Shown here: piece after piece, positions 1 through 12,312 of the stretch
Layout: each line of letters begins with the position of its first letter
Position numbering within the stretch: position 1 is the first letter of the stretch
NCBI GenBank assembly: GCA_030141605.1
Contig: JAQGDQ010000001.1
Coordinates: forward strand, 2,976,001-3,040,000
Source: Tubiluchus corallicola
Taxonomy: Eukaryota > Animalia > Priapulida
Direction of reading: 5' to 3'
DNA length: 64,000 nt
Translations under genes and position numbers: made by a program
The notes under the pieces: generated by a model
Told to the model about the DNA's origin: nothing
Database searches by the model: none
Seen by the model: only the letters and a program-made list of their open reading frames with translations

Positions 1-405
1 CGACCATTTTTTGCAAAATTTATACCTCTTATTTCTGAAGAACGGGAACGGGCCGAGGGTTGTGCTGGGTATGGATAGATAGCCCGTTCAGCGGTGGGTG
101 TAGTAAGCATATTTAGAATTCCTGAGAGGGCCAAGGCGTCCCGCAACGGGCGTTTTCCCGGACCCAACTTGCAATTTTTTCGAAATTTTGATCAAACAGC
201 CTGCAGAAAAAATGTTCTAGCGGCGCTTGGTGGGCTTGGTGGGACTCTCGGAAGGAGATATACGGCTCATCATAGTAATATTAATTTACATTATGTAACA
301 TAAAAATTTTAGAGTTCAAATATTTAAGCACAGTACTATCAACAACATCTACTGCAGCTACAAAACTTGAAAGGTAAGAAACATATCAAGTCTGCAGTAA
401 CTTAC

Positions 406-574
406 TGATACATGTCTTCAAGCACCGTAGGTAGTAACTTGCCATCTTTAATCCATTTAATATCGGGCTGTGGTCTTCCAGAAATTACACATTCAAGAAC
501 AAATGTTGATCCAACTGGTGCATATAAAACTTTCTTTGGAGGAGCTAACTCAATTCGTGGAGCTATGTTTCCAT
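406..574 (-). CDS. Ig-superfamily protein exon 5 (N-half of Ig3); gene continues beyond window start
   Basis: TTATAG acceptor and GTAAGT donor, phase 1-2; reads YGNIAPRIELAPPKKVLYAPVGSTFVLECVISGRPQPDIKWIKDGKLL, with the Ig C..G.P.P.I.W.KDG motif. Confidence 0.88.
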
Positions 575-1080
575 CTATAAATATAAAAGTAAAATAAATA
601 TGTATGCATCATGATACCGAAGTAAAGTGAATACATCGGTAATTTAGATGGCAAAATGTTAAATAAAATGGCAACTAAAATGACCTGCGAAAACATTTCT
701 CTATTCAACATATTTAATGCCATCATACAAAAAAGGTAAAAATCACTGCACTTGTAAAAAATTCTTTGTTTTGCAAGCAGCGTTGTACATCTGTACTCGT
801 TCAGATTCAGCCACGATTTCCAGCACTTTCTTTTAATCTTCATTAAAGTATTATATATTATAATTAATAATCAATTCTTCTGACACTAGCTTCTAATAGG
901 TGATTCATGTGTTGTCTGACATAATTTGATTCATTTCCAGTTGTAACCAGATTTTTCTTGACAACGTTTTTACATGAAAACCAACAACTAAACTAAATCA
1001 GTCACTTTTTCCTGCAACCATGTCACCAAAACGATCTGCAAATAGAACAGCAACAGAGTAAGCACTACATCATGCATGAG

Positions 1081-1112
1081 CTCTCTCTCCCTCTCTCCCT
1101 CCCTCTCCCCCT

Positions 1113-1196
<84 letters not shown>
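1081..1196. repeat. (CT)n microsatellite, intronic
   Basis: Directly visible CT/CCCT run. Confidence 0.95.
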
Positions 1197-1197
<1 letters not shown>

Positions 1198-1249
1198 ATG
1201 ATCCCACTCTAGGTGTGCACAAATCAAGAGAACACATTGCACAACTTAC

Positions 1250-1457
1250 AAGTGATATTAACTTCAGCTTCAGCACTGTGCTCACTAGTGCCTGTCAGCA
1301 AGTTGTTAGCAATGCACTGATACATTCCAACATGTAAAGGAGTCATAATAAATTGTAGAAGCAAACTCTTCTGTCCATCAGCAGGGTTACCAAATACACC
1401 AACAATTTGTTCAAGAACATGTGACAGTAGCCGCTCATTGTCAAACATCCAGTACAC
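1250..1457 (-). CDS. Ig-superfamily protein exon 4 (C-half of Ig2)
   Basis: TAG acceptor and GTAAGT donor, phase 0-1; reads VYWMFDNERL...HVGMYQCIANNLLTG..SAEAEVNIT. Confidence 0.87.
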
Positions 1458-1708
1458 CTAATTAACAATGAATTAAAAGCAAGCAACATTAAAACAGAAA
1501 CTTATTATTAGCTGTAATTACTGTATCTAGCACTGAAAACCACAAGTTGATTTGAAATATCAAAAACATGCTGCAAAAATTCGACGAAATCCACATTGCA
1601 AATAAAGAATGTCAAAAATTTACATTATCTAATAAGCAGACAAATACAAAAACTATTATGAATGTGACAGAGAACGACTTTTTTACCCACTAAATGATTA
1701 AACCTTAC

Positions 1709-1809
1709 CTCTGCGGAAGGATAAGATTTTCCTGAAACGCATAACAAGGAAACTGGAGTGTTTTCCAATACGAGCTGTGGGACAGGAGATATTACAAATG
1801 GTTCAATAT
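1709..1809 (-). CDS. Ig-superfamily protein exon 3 (N-half of Ig2)
   Basis: TTGCAG acceptor and GTAAGG donor, phase 1-0; reads YIEPFVISPVPQLVLENTPVSLLCVSGKSYPSAE. Confidence 0.85.
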
Positions 1810-2661
1810 CTGCAAATATTTGAATTACAAATTTATTTGCAAAGGATGAATAAATCAATCATAAAAACAGTGACGAACAGGAAATGATATTTGAAATGAA
1901 TAATGACAGCACACAATCAAATTTTCTGCATCCGCAAGTATTCATTGACGAAAATTTTTAAGTGATTCTTGATTTCCATAAAACACAATGCACAGCTATA
2001 GCAATTTGACACAGAATGGCACATTAAAATTAATACAGTACTTAGCTGGTACAAGCCAGAAATGTAAAAAAGATGACAATACCAAAATGATAGCATGCTA
2101 GTCACTAGTTTGCTATACACAACCTTGTTTATGTTTCTTGTTGTTTTGACCATAAAATGATCTTGCACATCAAATCAAATGATACATTTCAACTAATCTT
2201 TTCACTAGCTTTGAACAACAGCTAGCTGTCATATTCAGTGAATTCCACATTGTTTTTGTCCCATTATCAAAGTTTGCATTCAGAGCTACACCCCAGTGCT
2301 ACCTCCCATTCTTAAATAAATTATTAAATTGTGTAATCTAATGGTCATGTGAGTATTTAAGTGAAGTTTTTCTTCAGAGGCTTGTGAACTTCTGAATATT
2401 GCTTCCTTGCTATGGGCAGCCTATTGCCTTGAATGAGATGAAAGTCACAAAAAAATTAGGAAGAAATAGAAAATAGCCCATTTTGTTGCCTTTGCTACTT
2501 TAAGAGGAAAGAACTTAGACCAAACAGTATATGCAGTTTTTTTTAGCATCTTTACTATATAATGTTCTTTATTCACACATCTGATAGCCTTTATAAAAAT
2601 GTTTCTGGATCTCTAAACAGATGTGTTACTAGAATAATTCCGTGCATCTAATGCTACTTAC

Positions 2662-2940
2662 ATGCCAAAGCTAAAGCTGCTGGCTCACTAACGAGCACGT
2701 CATCACCTAGCTTTGCCAAACAGGTATAATTCCCCAAATCACTTTCCTGAATATTCACGATGTTCATCGAGTCATTCGCAAAAAAGAAAGCACGGCGGAA
2801 ACTGTTCTTATCAATAGGCAGATTCTCAAATCTCCATACAATTGATGCACGCTCAGCACTAACCGTGTCCACAGCAACACAGCTAAATGTGTGAGAACTG
2901 CCAAGAAGAACTGGACTTGATTCAGGCTGCACTTTGAACT
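2662..2940 (-). CDS. Ig-superfamily protein exon 2 (Ig domain 1; DCC/neogenin/protogenin or CDON/BOC-like)
   Basis: TTTTCAG acceptor and GTAAGT donor, phase 1-1. EFKVQPES..HTFSCVA..IVW..IQESDLGNYTCLA..LVSEPAAL has the I-set Cys, Trp and DxGxYxC pattern. Confidence 0.9.
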
Positions 2941-3487
2941 CTGAAAAGATGATCAATGAATCACAATAACGAAAGCAGACATTAATTATGCCTAATACAC
3001 ACAAGGTTAAACTGTTTAGTGCCTTTGTTTTACATGCCACTTTTACATAAAATACAAATCAATACAGATCACGTTACTGAAGGTTGATCATGGTTTCAGC
3101 AAACTAGAATGCATTTGTTTTCTTGAAATGTGAAATCAATACTGCATGTTTTCATTTTCAAACAAGCACAAGTGTGGATTGCTTCACGAGAAATTCTGCC
3201 TCATTTCCAGAGATTCTACAGTTCCGATTTTTTGTGCGAATTAGCTTTCTAAGACCAAACAAAACATTGAAAACATATCTCCACTTTGGTAAAAACAGAA
3301 GAAATGCAAAGTAGCAATATGACACTATAATTTCCACGAAAGTCTATAATGCAATATAAGATGCAAATTTGACACTTAATTTGTATTTGGAAAAAAAATT
3401 AATGTTTATTAATGTTAATGTATAATGCACTACAAGGCTTAGAAAGAAAAGCTGTTGGAAAGCAAATACTCTAGCATAATTACTCAC

Positions 3488-3563
3488 CAATTATAGACAG
3501 TGCAGACCGAATGTTACATGCCAAAAGCACTGTTACATAGAATATTTCTACAGTCAACAGCAT
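3488..3563 (-). CDS. Ig-superfamily cell-surface protein, coding exon 1 (signal peptide)
   Basis: ATG at 3563 reads MLLTVEIFYVTVLLACNIRSALSII, a hydrophobic signal-peptide-like stretch. It ends in donor G|GTGAGT (phase 1), which joins in frame to the exon starting at 2940. Confidence 0.8.
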
Positions 3564-5119
3564 ATCAGCTATGTCCACCAAGTGATAATAAACTTATGCT
3601 TCACACAAAAATGTTCAGGTAAAAATTTGAAATGTGAAAAGAACATTAGTAAGTGACTAGAGCATAGCACAAAAACATTAGGGAATAATTAGACTGGAAT
3701 GAAAATAATTTGGAATGACTAGAACGGAATGACTAGTTTGTATGGTGGCTAACACCTGCATCAGGTCATCTTAGAAGCCTGTAAAGATAAAGCAGAAAAA
3801 ACGTCAGTACTGAGGAATGGTGGAATGGTCACAGTGTAAACTTCACTGAGAAGTTAAGCAATGACAGATTTTGTTGGCATATCATACTTTCTGCAGTAAC
3901 AGTAAAAGGCATTTTAAAGTGCATTTCTAAAATTCAGTTTACTAACAAAAAACAAATTTATTTTACTAAAAATAATTATTTGACACATGCCACCAGTTTT
4001 GACCTATAAAATCAGTAGCTCAATTCATGATATGATACATGATATTTGTCAGGCTCCAATTTATCATTTATTGTAATGTAGATTTCAAGAATTGTAACAA
4101 TAAACAAAAAGAGATTAAAAGTATGATAGTTCACGATTTCAAATCACTAAATATGAAAATATCAATTAATAAGTATCCAAGTACTTTCAAAACAGTTAAT
4201 GATGACTCACAGTTGTTTTGTTCCATCCTGTGACACAACATAACAAACTAGAACAGCATCACAATTTGCATTCATTTACATCAAGCACAACAAAAACGAG
4301 ACACACTAGCCATCAAAACAGTGCAAGTAACAGCAGTGAAGCCCGCTACTGAAACAAACCATTAAACCTACCACATCAGCGTGCAGAAACTGTCGCAAAC
4401 ACAACCTTTCGATTTTCACTTTACGACCAAATTGCAACTAAACAACAGCTTAACACAATCAATTACACCAGTTTTATGTGGAAAATGATCCAACAAGCTG
4501 CATAGGCAGCTGTACATACCGCTGATGAAAGGAACAACTTGAACGGAAAACCTTCCAGCATTTTGACATCTGAAACAAGAATAAATATTTTTAAATACGA
4601 CATCTTATTGAAAAAAGGAAATTGTCATTTACAATATTATTTTTATAACCTACACAAATCACCAGAAAAGAAAAAGCATCCAGCCAACGAATGTCTTCAT
4701 AAGAAATGACAACTGATCAATAACAGGCATTCTTATCGGCCCTTTAGAATTAACATGATGCTTATGCACTCACTGTGAATTAATTAATTATTAACAAATT
4801 GAGCATATGGCAGCACTAATTAGTCAGATTTCTCTGCTCATGTACATGAAACACTCAATGCACAGCTGACAAAGCTTGAAATGAGGTTATTATTTTTACA
4901 CTATTGTATTGTTTTACCATAGCAAACATATAAAAAAGCTAGTCACCAGTAAAATGGAAGAATACATTAAGTGAACATCTCTCATATAATCCATTCTAAA
5001 AAAACTATTTATTTATTTATTTGTTGTAAAAAAACACGAGTAATTATTGTGATAGCAAAGTTTAGAACTAAGCGCTTGAAAAAGTGATTTATTAGGCCTG
5101 TGTTATTAACAATTATGTG

Positions 5120-7038
5120 TCATAGGCTGTCCACATGGTCATTCAAACTACAATGTATCAGTAAATTATAAAAAAACTAAATTCATGTTGTTTAGTCCTA
5201 CAAAACACAAGCCAATGGGAAATAATCCCATGGGCAATTCTCCATGGGAAATAATAACATAAATGAAATGAATTATATTAAGTATTTAGGTTTAAATATT
5301 GATGCAAAGCTGACGTGGAAAACACATATAGGTGTAATAAATAGCAAAATAAGTAAATACATTGGAATATTTTATAAATTACGACACTATCTAGACACAA
5401 ATTTGTTAAAAGCAGTATACCATGCACTGATTTACCCGTACCTCCAGTATTGTATTATATCCTGGGGTATGGCAAAACAAGCAACTTTGAAACCATTAGA
5501 AGTCACAGTAAACAAAATTATCAAAGCAGTAACGTCCACAAAATATAGAGGCCACATAACACCATCATATCATGTACTTCGCGTGATAAAACTGCAGGAT
5601 ATATACAAATTAGAACTATTAAAGTTTATGTATAAAGCTAACTATCATATGCTATCAGACCTCTTTCATAGTTATTTCAACAAAATCAGCAACCACCATG
5701 ACTACAACACTACAGCTGCATCAAGAGGAAATTTTTATCAAAATTTATACAACAAAATGAATTAAATTGTGGAACTTAATCAATCCCAACTAAAATTACA
5801 AGGTCATCTTCTCTGTGACATTGCTTCAAAAAAGAATTTGAAAACCTGGTAACTAACTATGCAAATGCCCATTAGTAAAGATGGCGCTACCACTGATGAT
5901 AAATTATCATCAATTAATTGTAGTATTTAGAATAATGATTCATGCTGGCTGCTTGTAGAAGTTTGTGTATGTAGTGAACTCAATATAAACTGGTGAAATT
6001 TAAAATAGAGTACCAAATTAAATTGGTACTTTAAGATTTGTTAGATGACTTTCTATCTTCAGTTGAACTAATGATGTCGTTTTTAGAAAATAAACAAAGT
6101 TAAATAGCAGTGCAATGGAGCAAGACATATGATAATTTTGGTGCTCAAGGTAAAACATATATTATACATATACATGAGCTAATATGCCATATTTGATGCT
6201 ATGCCAGGCCAGCAATTAATACAACTATAATTGCTTTGTTCGCTAAAATGCAAGATCAGCAATTAATGCCAGCTATAATTAGTAAATATGCCATGCTTTA
6301 CTAATATGCAAATTTACCATGAATAACAGCAATTAGATACAATGCAGCACTATAATTGGCAGAATAACTTACTACATTCTTATCTTAATAAGTTATGATT
6401 ATCACTGCTACGAAAATACAATTTAAAAATAGCAGCATTGCATGTAATAATAAATATATAACTATCTCTAGGTATATATATACACGCACGCATGCATGCA
6501 CACACACATACACACATATAGATAACAAACTAGGTATATAATCGTTAAGCAATTGTTGTAAATCATTATACAATTGTGATAAAATGTTGTCAATGTTGGT
6601 TAACTGTGATTGATGGATTTTCTGACCTATTTAAATTGGCTCTTCGTCAACTGTTAAAGTCTTGCACTACTGTGCTATGTCTATTATAATTGTGTAAGGT
6701 ATTTTGATTTTAGTTTAACAGTTATTTTGCATATGCTAACTTAATGCTTCACGTAATTTAGATATTGACAACAAATATATCTTTCTTTAGTTACTAACAC
6801 AATTTTTATTATAAATTTATAATACTTATATTTATCAAACATGTCTCACAACAAGCTGCTAACAGTGTCACTCGATTAACTGAGTTAATATTAATGTTGT
6901 ACAAATAGGGGTGGGTGCTAGGAGACCTCATGGTCTTTTGCCACCCCATCTCAATGTAGTGTTCATCATCTTAAAGAAACATTATATATTATTATATGTG
7001 TAACTTTAAATGAGATGAATAAAATCTAGTCTAATCTA
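5120..7038 (+). mobile_element. 5'-truncated non-LTR retrotransposon (L2/Crack/Daphne-like), RT C-terminus plus 3' UTR
   Basis: ORF 5244-5765 reads IKYLGLNIDAKLTWKTHI..YHALIYPYLQYCIISWG, typical of the post-RT region of CR1-group LINEs. It ends with a GGGGTGG..CCACCCC hairpin (~6908-6947) and an AATAAA-ATCTAGTCTAATCTA tail. Boundaries are approximate. Confidence 0.8.
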
Positions 7039-7848
7039 CTTTTAATTCTAACTCTTGCTATTAATGATATTAGCAATTATGCACACTGTCGATCATAATC
7101 ATTAATATTAACTGTATATTTTTTCAATGTTTCCGTAAATTCCGTAGTTTCCGTAGTAACTACATTTTCAAATAAATTGCTTACTTATTACAAAAAACAT
7201 TGACTACCTTAAAACAATTATTTCCCTCATTTACCAATCTGAACCTAAACTTGTTTTTGCTGTTTCAAAATAAATGATCCTCTATGTGTGGTGTCAAAGA
7301 ATGTGCACGCAGGTGTTGCAAAGATGTTTAGAGCTATTAATTTGTCAGGCAAAGCATATGTTCAAAAGCTGATATTTTAATGTTTAGTTTCAATTCCTCC
7401 CTTGATTTCTATTGACTTGAGCACAAGTCCTATATGGAACTTGTAGTTATTGTATTACGCCTTGCACATCAATGTGGAATAACTGGGACAGAAAAGGCTC
7501 TATTGTCACTGCCAGAAATCAACTGAAGGGCAACACATCTACCTTCAGCAACTGTATTCCTTAAAAGTTGGCTTAAAACATGATTTATGGCAAGTTGGTA
7601 ACTGTTGCTGTGCAACTGCTACTTTTTTATCTAGTTTACAGTTCCTGCATATACATTTTCATCACACAAAACTAAATCTAAAATACAGTATAGTTGATAA
7701 ACTAAATCTATTAATAAAGTTTAGCAAAAGGCATGTTATGTATTCATGTAAGTGTCCATGCTAGATTTCGAGATCCAGGCCATGCCTAGTCGACCTTGAT
7801 TGCGGTGACCTAGAGGGTGGCCACTAGGCATTCGTTTTTCAAAAGCCT

Positions 7849-7940
7849 AGAGAGAGAGCGAGAGACAGACAGAGAGAGAGAGGGAGAGATAAAAAGAGAA
7901 AAAGGAGAGAGAGAGAGAGAGAGAACTTTTTTAATTACTA

Positions 7941-7975
<35 letters not shown>
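7849..7975. repeat. (GA)n and (TTA)n microsatellites
   Basis: Directly visible. Confidence 0.9.
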
Positions 7976-7977
<2 letters not shown>

Positions 7978-8096
7978 TATATAAATTTGTATTTTTTTGA
8001 AAACGGATATATTACCTCTTTAGAAACCCCTACTTGCAAGCTGAGAAAAAAGAAAGATGGTTGAAAAAGAGAGAAAGACCGAGAGAAAGAGAGAAG

Positions 8097-9730
8097 GATT
8101 TGATTTTATTAAAATCTTTTTCAAACAAAGTTCATATAAACATTTACAACACACAATACTGACGACAAGTATGACAAGAAGAAAATATAACATACACTTA
8201 AACTTGGTTAATAAATTTACAAATTGCCTTACATAGAGAATTTTAATCCAATTGTCTCTAATATCAGATGTAAAATATGCATCGCGTTCCCTTAAATTTT
8301 TACAGATAACATTTGTACTGTTAGTGTCTTTACTATACAGACTATATACACTTTTTCTATAAATTACGCAAAAATACAACACACTATGGTTAATAGCCTT
8401 AAAATCCTTGCACTAGAATCATAAGCATAGCCAAACAACATAGCAAATATTATGAGCAACTTTGAGAGTATAACTATAATAATATATCCGAGTGGCCATA
8501 CCATAAAAACTATTACAGTATGCATTAAATAACTTTGCTTTAATGCAAAAATGAAACTTTCTCAATAACAAATTAGCTCTGGAATAATAAATACCTCTTT
8601 GCCTTATTATATCAAGGTGGTCTCTATTATCACAACTAATTACATAGTCTAGATATTTTTCTTGTTTACTCGGATTTATCACCTTGCCCTTCAATCTGAC
8701 GGGACTGAAATCAAAGCGTGACATGCCTTGTGGAGTTATTGACAATAGTTTAATCTTTTCTACGCTTATAACAATATCAGGTGCTTTAACATATTCAATA
8801 TAAACTTGACAAAGTTTCAGCAGAGCTGGCGTAGTGGTTGCTAACAAAGTGACATCATCTGCGTACATAAAGCTATTGACACATGTGCCCCCAATATGAC
8901 AGCCAAGACTTGTACAGACAAGATTGTGACTAAGATTTTTTGAAATAAAATTAAATAAAATTGATGCAATATGGAAAACAGAAGACACGTGATTAATCAA
9001 TCTTACTTGCATGCATTGCTGCTAGTAATAACAAACCAAAAGGCGAATAACAATATTTGGCACTTCAGTTTTCATAAGTATTAAAAACATTTTAAAATAA
9101 TTGGTGCATATACAAACATAACATGCACAATACTGTCTCTATGAATATAACAATCTATGACTTCTTTTAATGAATTTATGCATTACTCAGTTCCTAATTT
9201 CTTCACATAAGCAAATTAGTTAGGAGTAACTGGTAAGCAATTGCCTAACGTTTTAACAGCAATATGTCCAAAACTTTGCTTGAGATTGACGATAGTGCAA
9301 TTGGTCCATAGTTTTTTCTCAGTGATGGCACCATTTTTGTCTTTTACCAGTGGAACAATAATGGATAACATTAACGAGTCAGGTAAATAACTATGCATTA
9401 AGCACGAACTGTAAAACAATGATAACAAGATCGATAGAAGCCTTTTTAAAATACTCAGCTTTATGACCATACCCTGAAACCTGAAACAGGTAACTGCAAC
9501 CCTGAAACAGCATTTTGAACTTCTAAAACTGTAAATGGATGCACCATATCTAAATTTCTCTCTAAAGTCTTATGCAATTTTGCTGCTACGTCACCATTGT
9601 CCACTGAATTTAAAAGGTCTATATAATATTTACTCCACGTGTCACATATTGACTTTTCTCCTACTGCATCACTAATTTTTGGTGGAAGTGGAATTTTTAT
9701 AATAGTTTCTCTTTTAAGGTGAGACCAAAA
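8097..9730 (-). mobile_element. Decayed LINE (L2/Crack-like) reverse transcriptase fragment
   Basis: ORF pieces include SIIVPLVKDKNG, VNSFMYADDVTLLA (RT YADD motif), EKYL and YSRANLLLRKF, with frameshifts and stops. The 3' tail AATAAAATCAAATC is at ~8097-8113 on the minus strand. Confidence 0.85.
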
Positions 9731-10520
9731 TTCAATATAAGCGAATACAGCACTGTTACGTCATTGCACATTGACACGACTTGTGTACCGATAATGCTGC
9801 ACATTCTCCGAGTTATCATACAGAAACAAAAAGCAAAATATCAGCTGTTGAGCCATAAAGGTAAATAATTGGGTGATTCGTACTGTACCGACTTACAAGC
9901 AAAGTTGTACTGAACATGACTGTTTTCTACGTATATTATAATGCACATAATCGACGTAAAGATGACGTGAAAGCAGTAAAAGCTCCTTGAGCACACTCAA
10001 GTGTATATGAAGGAAAAATAGTGAGTCAATTACTACCAATTTTTATAATCATTTATATAGGAGCGGCCGGTACCAGATGTTCTTGAGTCAATTAGGCGAC
10101 TGATTCGATTAACCTTGAGTCTAATAAACGGTGCCTACCATAGTACACAGCGGAAATGAAAGACACAAAAATTACAGTATCATGTACCATAAAAGCATAG
10201 GATACCAATTTGAAGAAATATTAATAAAAGTATAGAGCAGAACAGTAAAGATACAATTAGTGTACCAAACTGAAACTGTGACTGTGAAATGTTACGTTAG
10301 TGGTCCCAACTTCTATTACATTTATTATTATTGAATCCAGTGTGATAAACATGATTTTCCGATAGCCACTTTTCCGATCCCAAAAGCACTTAATTTTTTC
10401 AATTTCTGTTGCACATTTTGTTTGTTTAATTTATCACAGTTGCAACATTATCAAGCATTTTTCTTGACCGGGCCCCATCTTAAACTATAGCTCAAAAGAA
10501 TTTACTTTTTAAAATACTGA

Positions 10521-10966
10521 AAGGAAGCAAAATTGTCCTATTTTTTCATGAATGACTTACAGGAAAGAATTATTACCACAGAAATGTAATAAACACATTC
10601 GCGCAGCTATTTCTTTGCTGTTACATGTATTTCGCCATTCGCTAGTTAGTTGGGCACTAGCGCCTAAGTTGGGCATAAGTTTTTGTATACCATGCTTAAT
10701 GTTATACATTAGCACTACCCTTTCAATTTTTGCTTTTGCAAAAAAGTGCAACATGCTTGTGGAATGTCTGCGCTGCTGAAAATAATGTTCAGTTCTGATG
10801 TCATCACTACTTGAACTCGCCTGCCGTTAGTAATTTTTTAACCGACTATTTAATTACTAGAAACATTTTGGCATTACTATACTCTATACTATTATAGGTT
10901 TTGAAATGTATAGATTCTGCCATACTTAAAAATGGAGTAGGACATGACAAATTATCCTGTTTTCCT
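10521..10966. mobile_element. Kolobok-like MITE, older copy of the family at 21894-22250
   Basis: Colinear similarity over ~10680-10966 to 21975-22250, ending ..TCCTGTTTTCCT|TTAA. The left boundary is uncertain. Confidence 0.6.
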
Positions 10967-11111
10967 TTAACAGCAGGATATTGAAAGACAGTTGCGAAGC
11001 GGTAGATAAGGCAATGGTGTCTGGAACAAGACAGTTAAGGATCATGATGCCAACAGGTCCCAAGTATAATAGTAAGGCCATCAATAATAATTATATTTAC
11101 ATATACATTTC

Positions 11112-11390
11112 GACCAGACGGTTTAGTCTAGAAGTAACACGTCCGTTTTCCGCCTGGGAAGTGGTGAGTTCAATACAGCGGTTTCAATATATACCAAAGA
11201 CTTTAAAAATGGTACCAGCTTGCTGTGCCCATCATGTGGTATTTAGGGTAAACCCGGATTAATAATAGTCTCTGTTATGACTGTTAGTTGTAGGTTGTTA
11301 TTTACAGCCGGCCCAAAAACTCTTTGTCTTTGGAGTTTATGTTAATTGTTCATCTTAAAGCCGACTTTAAATAAATATAATTATTACTTA
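11112..11390 (+). mobile_element. tRNA-derived SINE with Meta-domain-like core (degenerate)
   Basis: Degenerate A/B boxes (TTTAGTCTAGAAGT; GAGTTCAATAC) are followed by ATACCAAAGACTTTAAAAATGGTACC (11191-11216), a core shared with the SINE at 56221. Confidence 0.65.
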
Positions 11391-11962
11391 AATTAAATTT
11401 TACTTATGATTTGAACCTGAGCTTCCATTACAATAAAATTTAAACGCTAATTTACTCACCTCAACCACCCTGTAGCAGCAGTTGAACAATAACATAACTT
11501 CAAACATAATAAATTACTGTTAAGATGTTAATTATTTTTACTTCATCATCATATGCCCATCACGTCTGTTGTAGACACTAGGCAGGGAGAATTCTAAGAT
11601 AAAAGACAAGTAAATTAAATAAAACACGAAACACTGCTATGCCAGAGGCTTGTCTTAAATTTGACAAATTTGCCGCAGATGGCTCGGGAATCTTTGCTTG
11701 TTTGCTAAAGCACAAACTACTCTGCGATCAAGTGAGGTGATTTCTTTCGGCAGACGGTGCTTGTCGCTACGACCTGCTCTGTTTACCTGTCTTGAAGACA
11801 GATTTCTTTCATTTTTATACTTCTGTCTGCGCAATGTTCCCGTACAATAGTCAATAGACAATTTTAGAGATAGTCAACGCCTTGGAAGGCTAAGCTACGT
11901 CTAGAACAGTGAAAACACTGAAAACAGTTTTCCTTTGAATTATAATGAAGTTAACTTGCAAT

Positions 11963-12312
<350 letters not shown>

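Noticed and set aside
988-1242. ORF with an (ER)n repeat
   Set aside because: It is the translation of an intronic (CT)n microsatellite.
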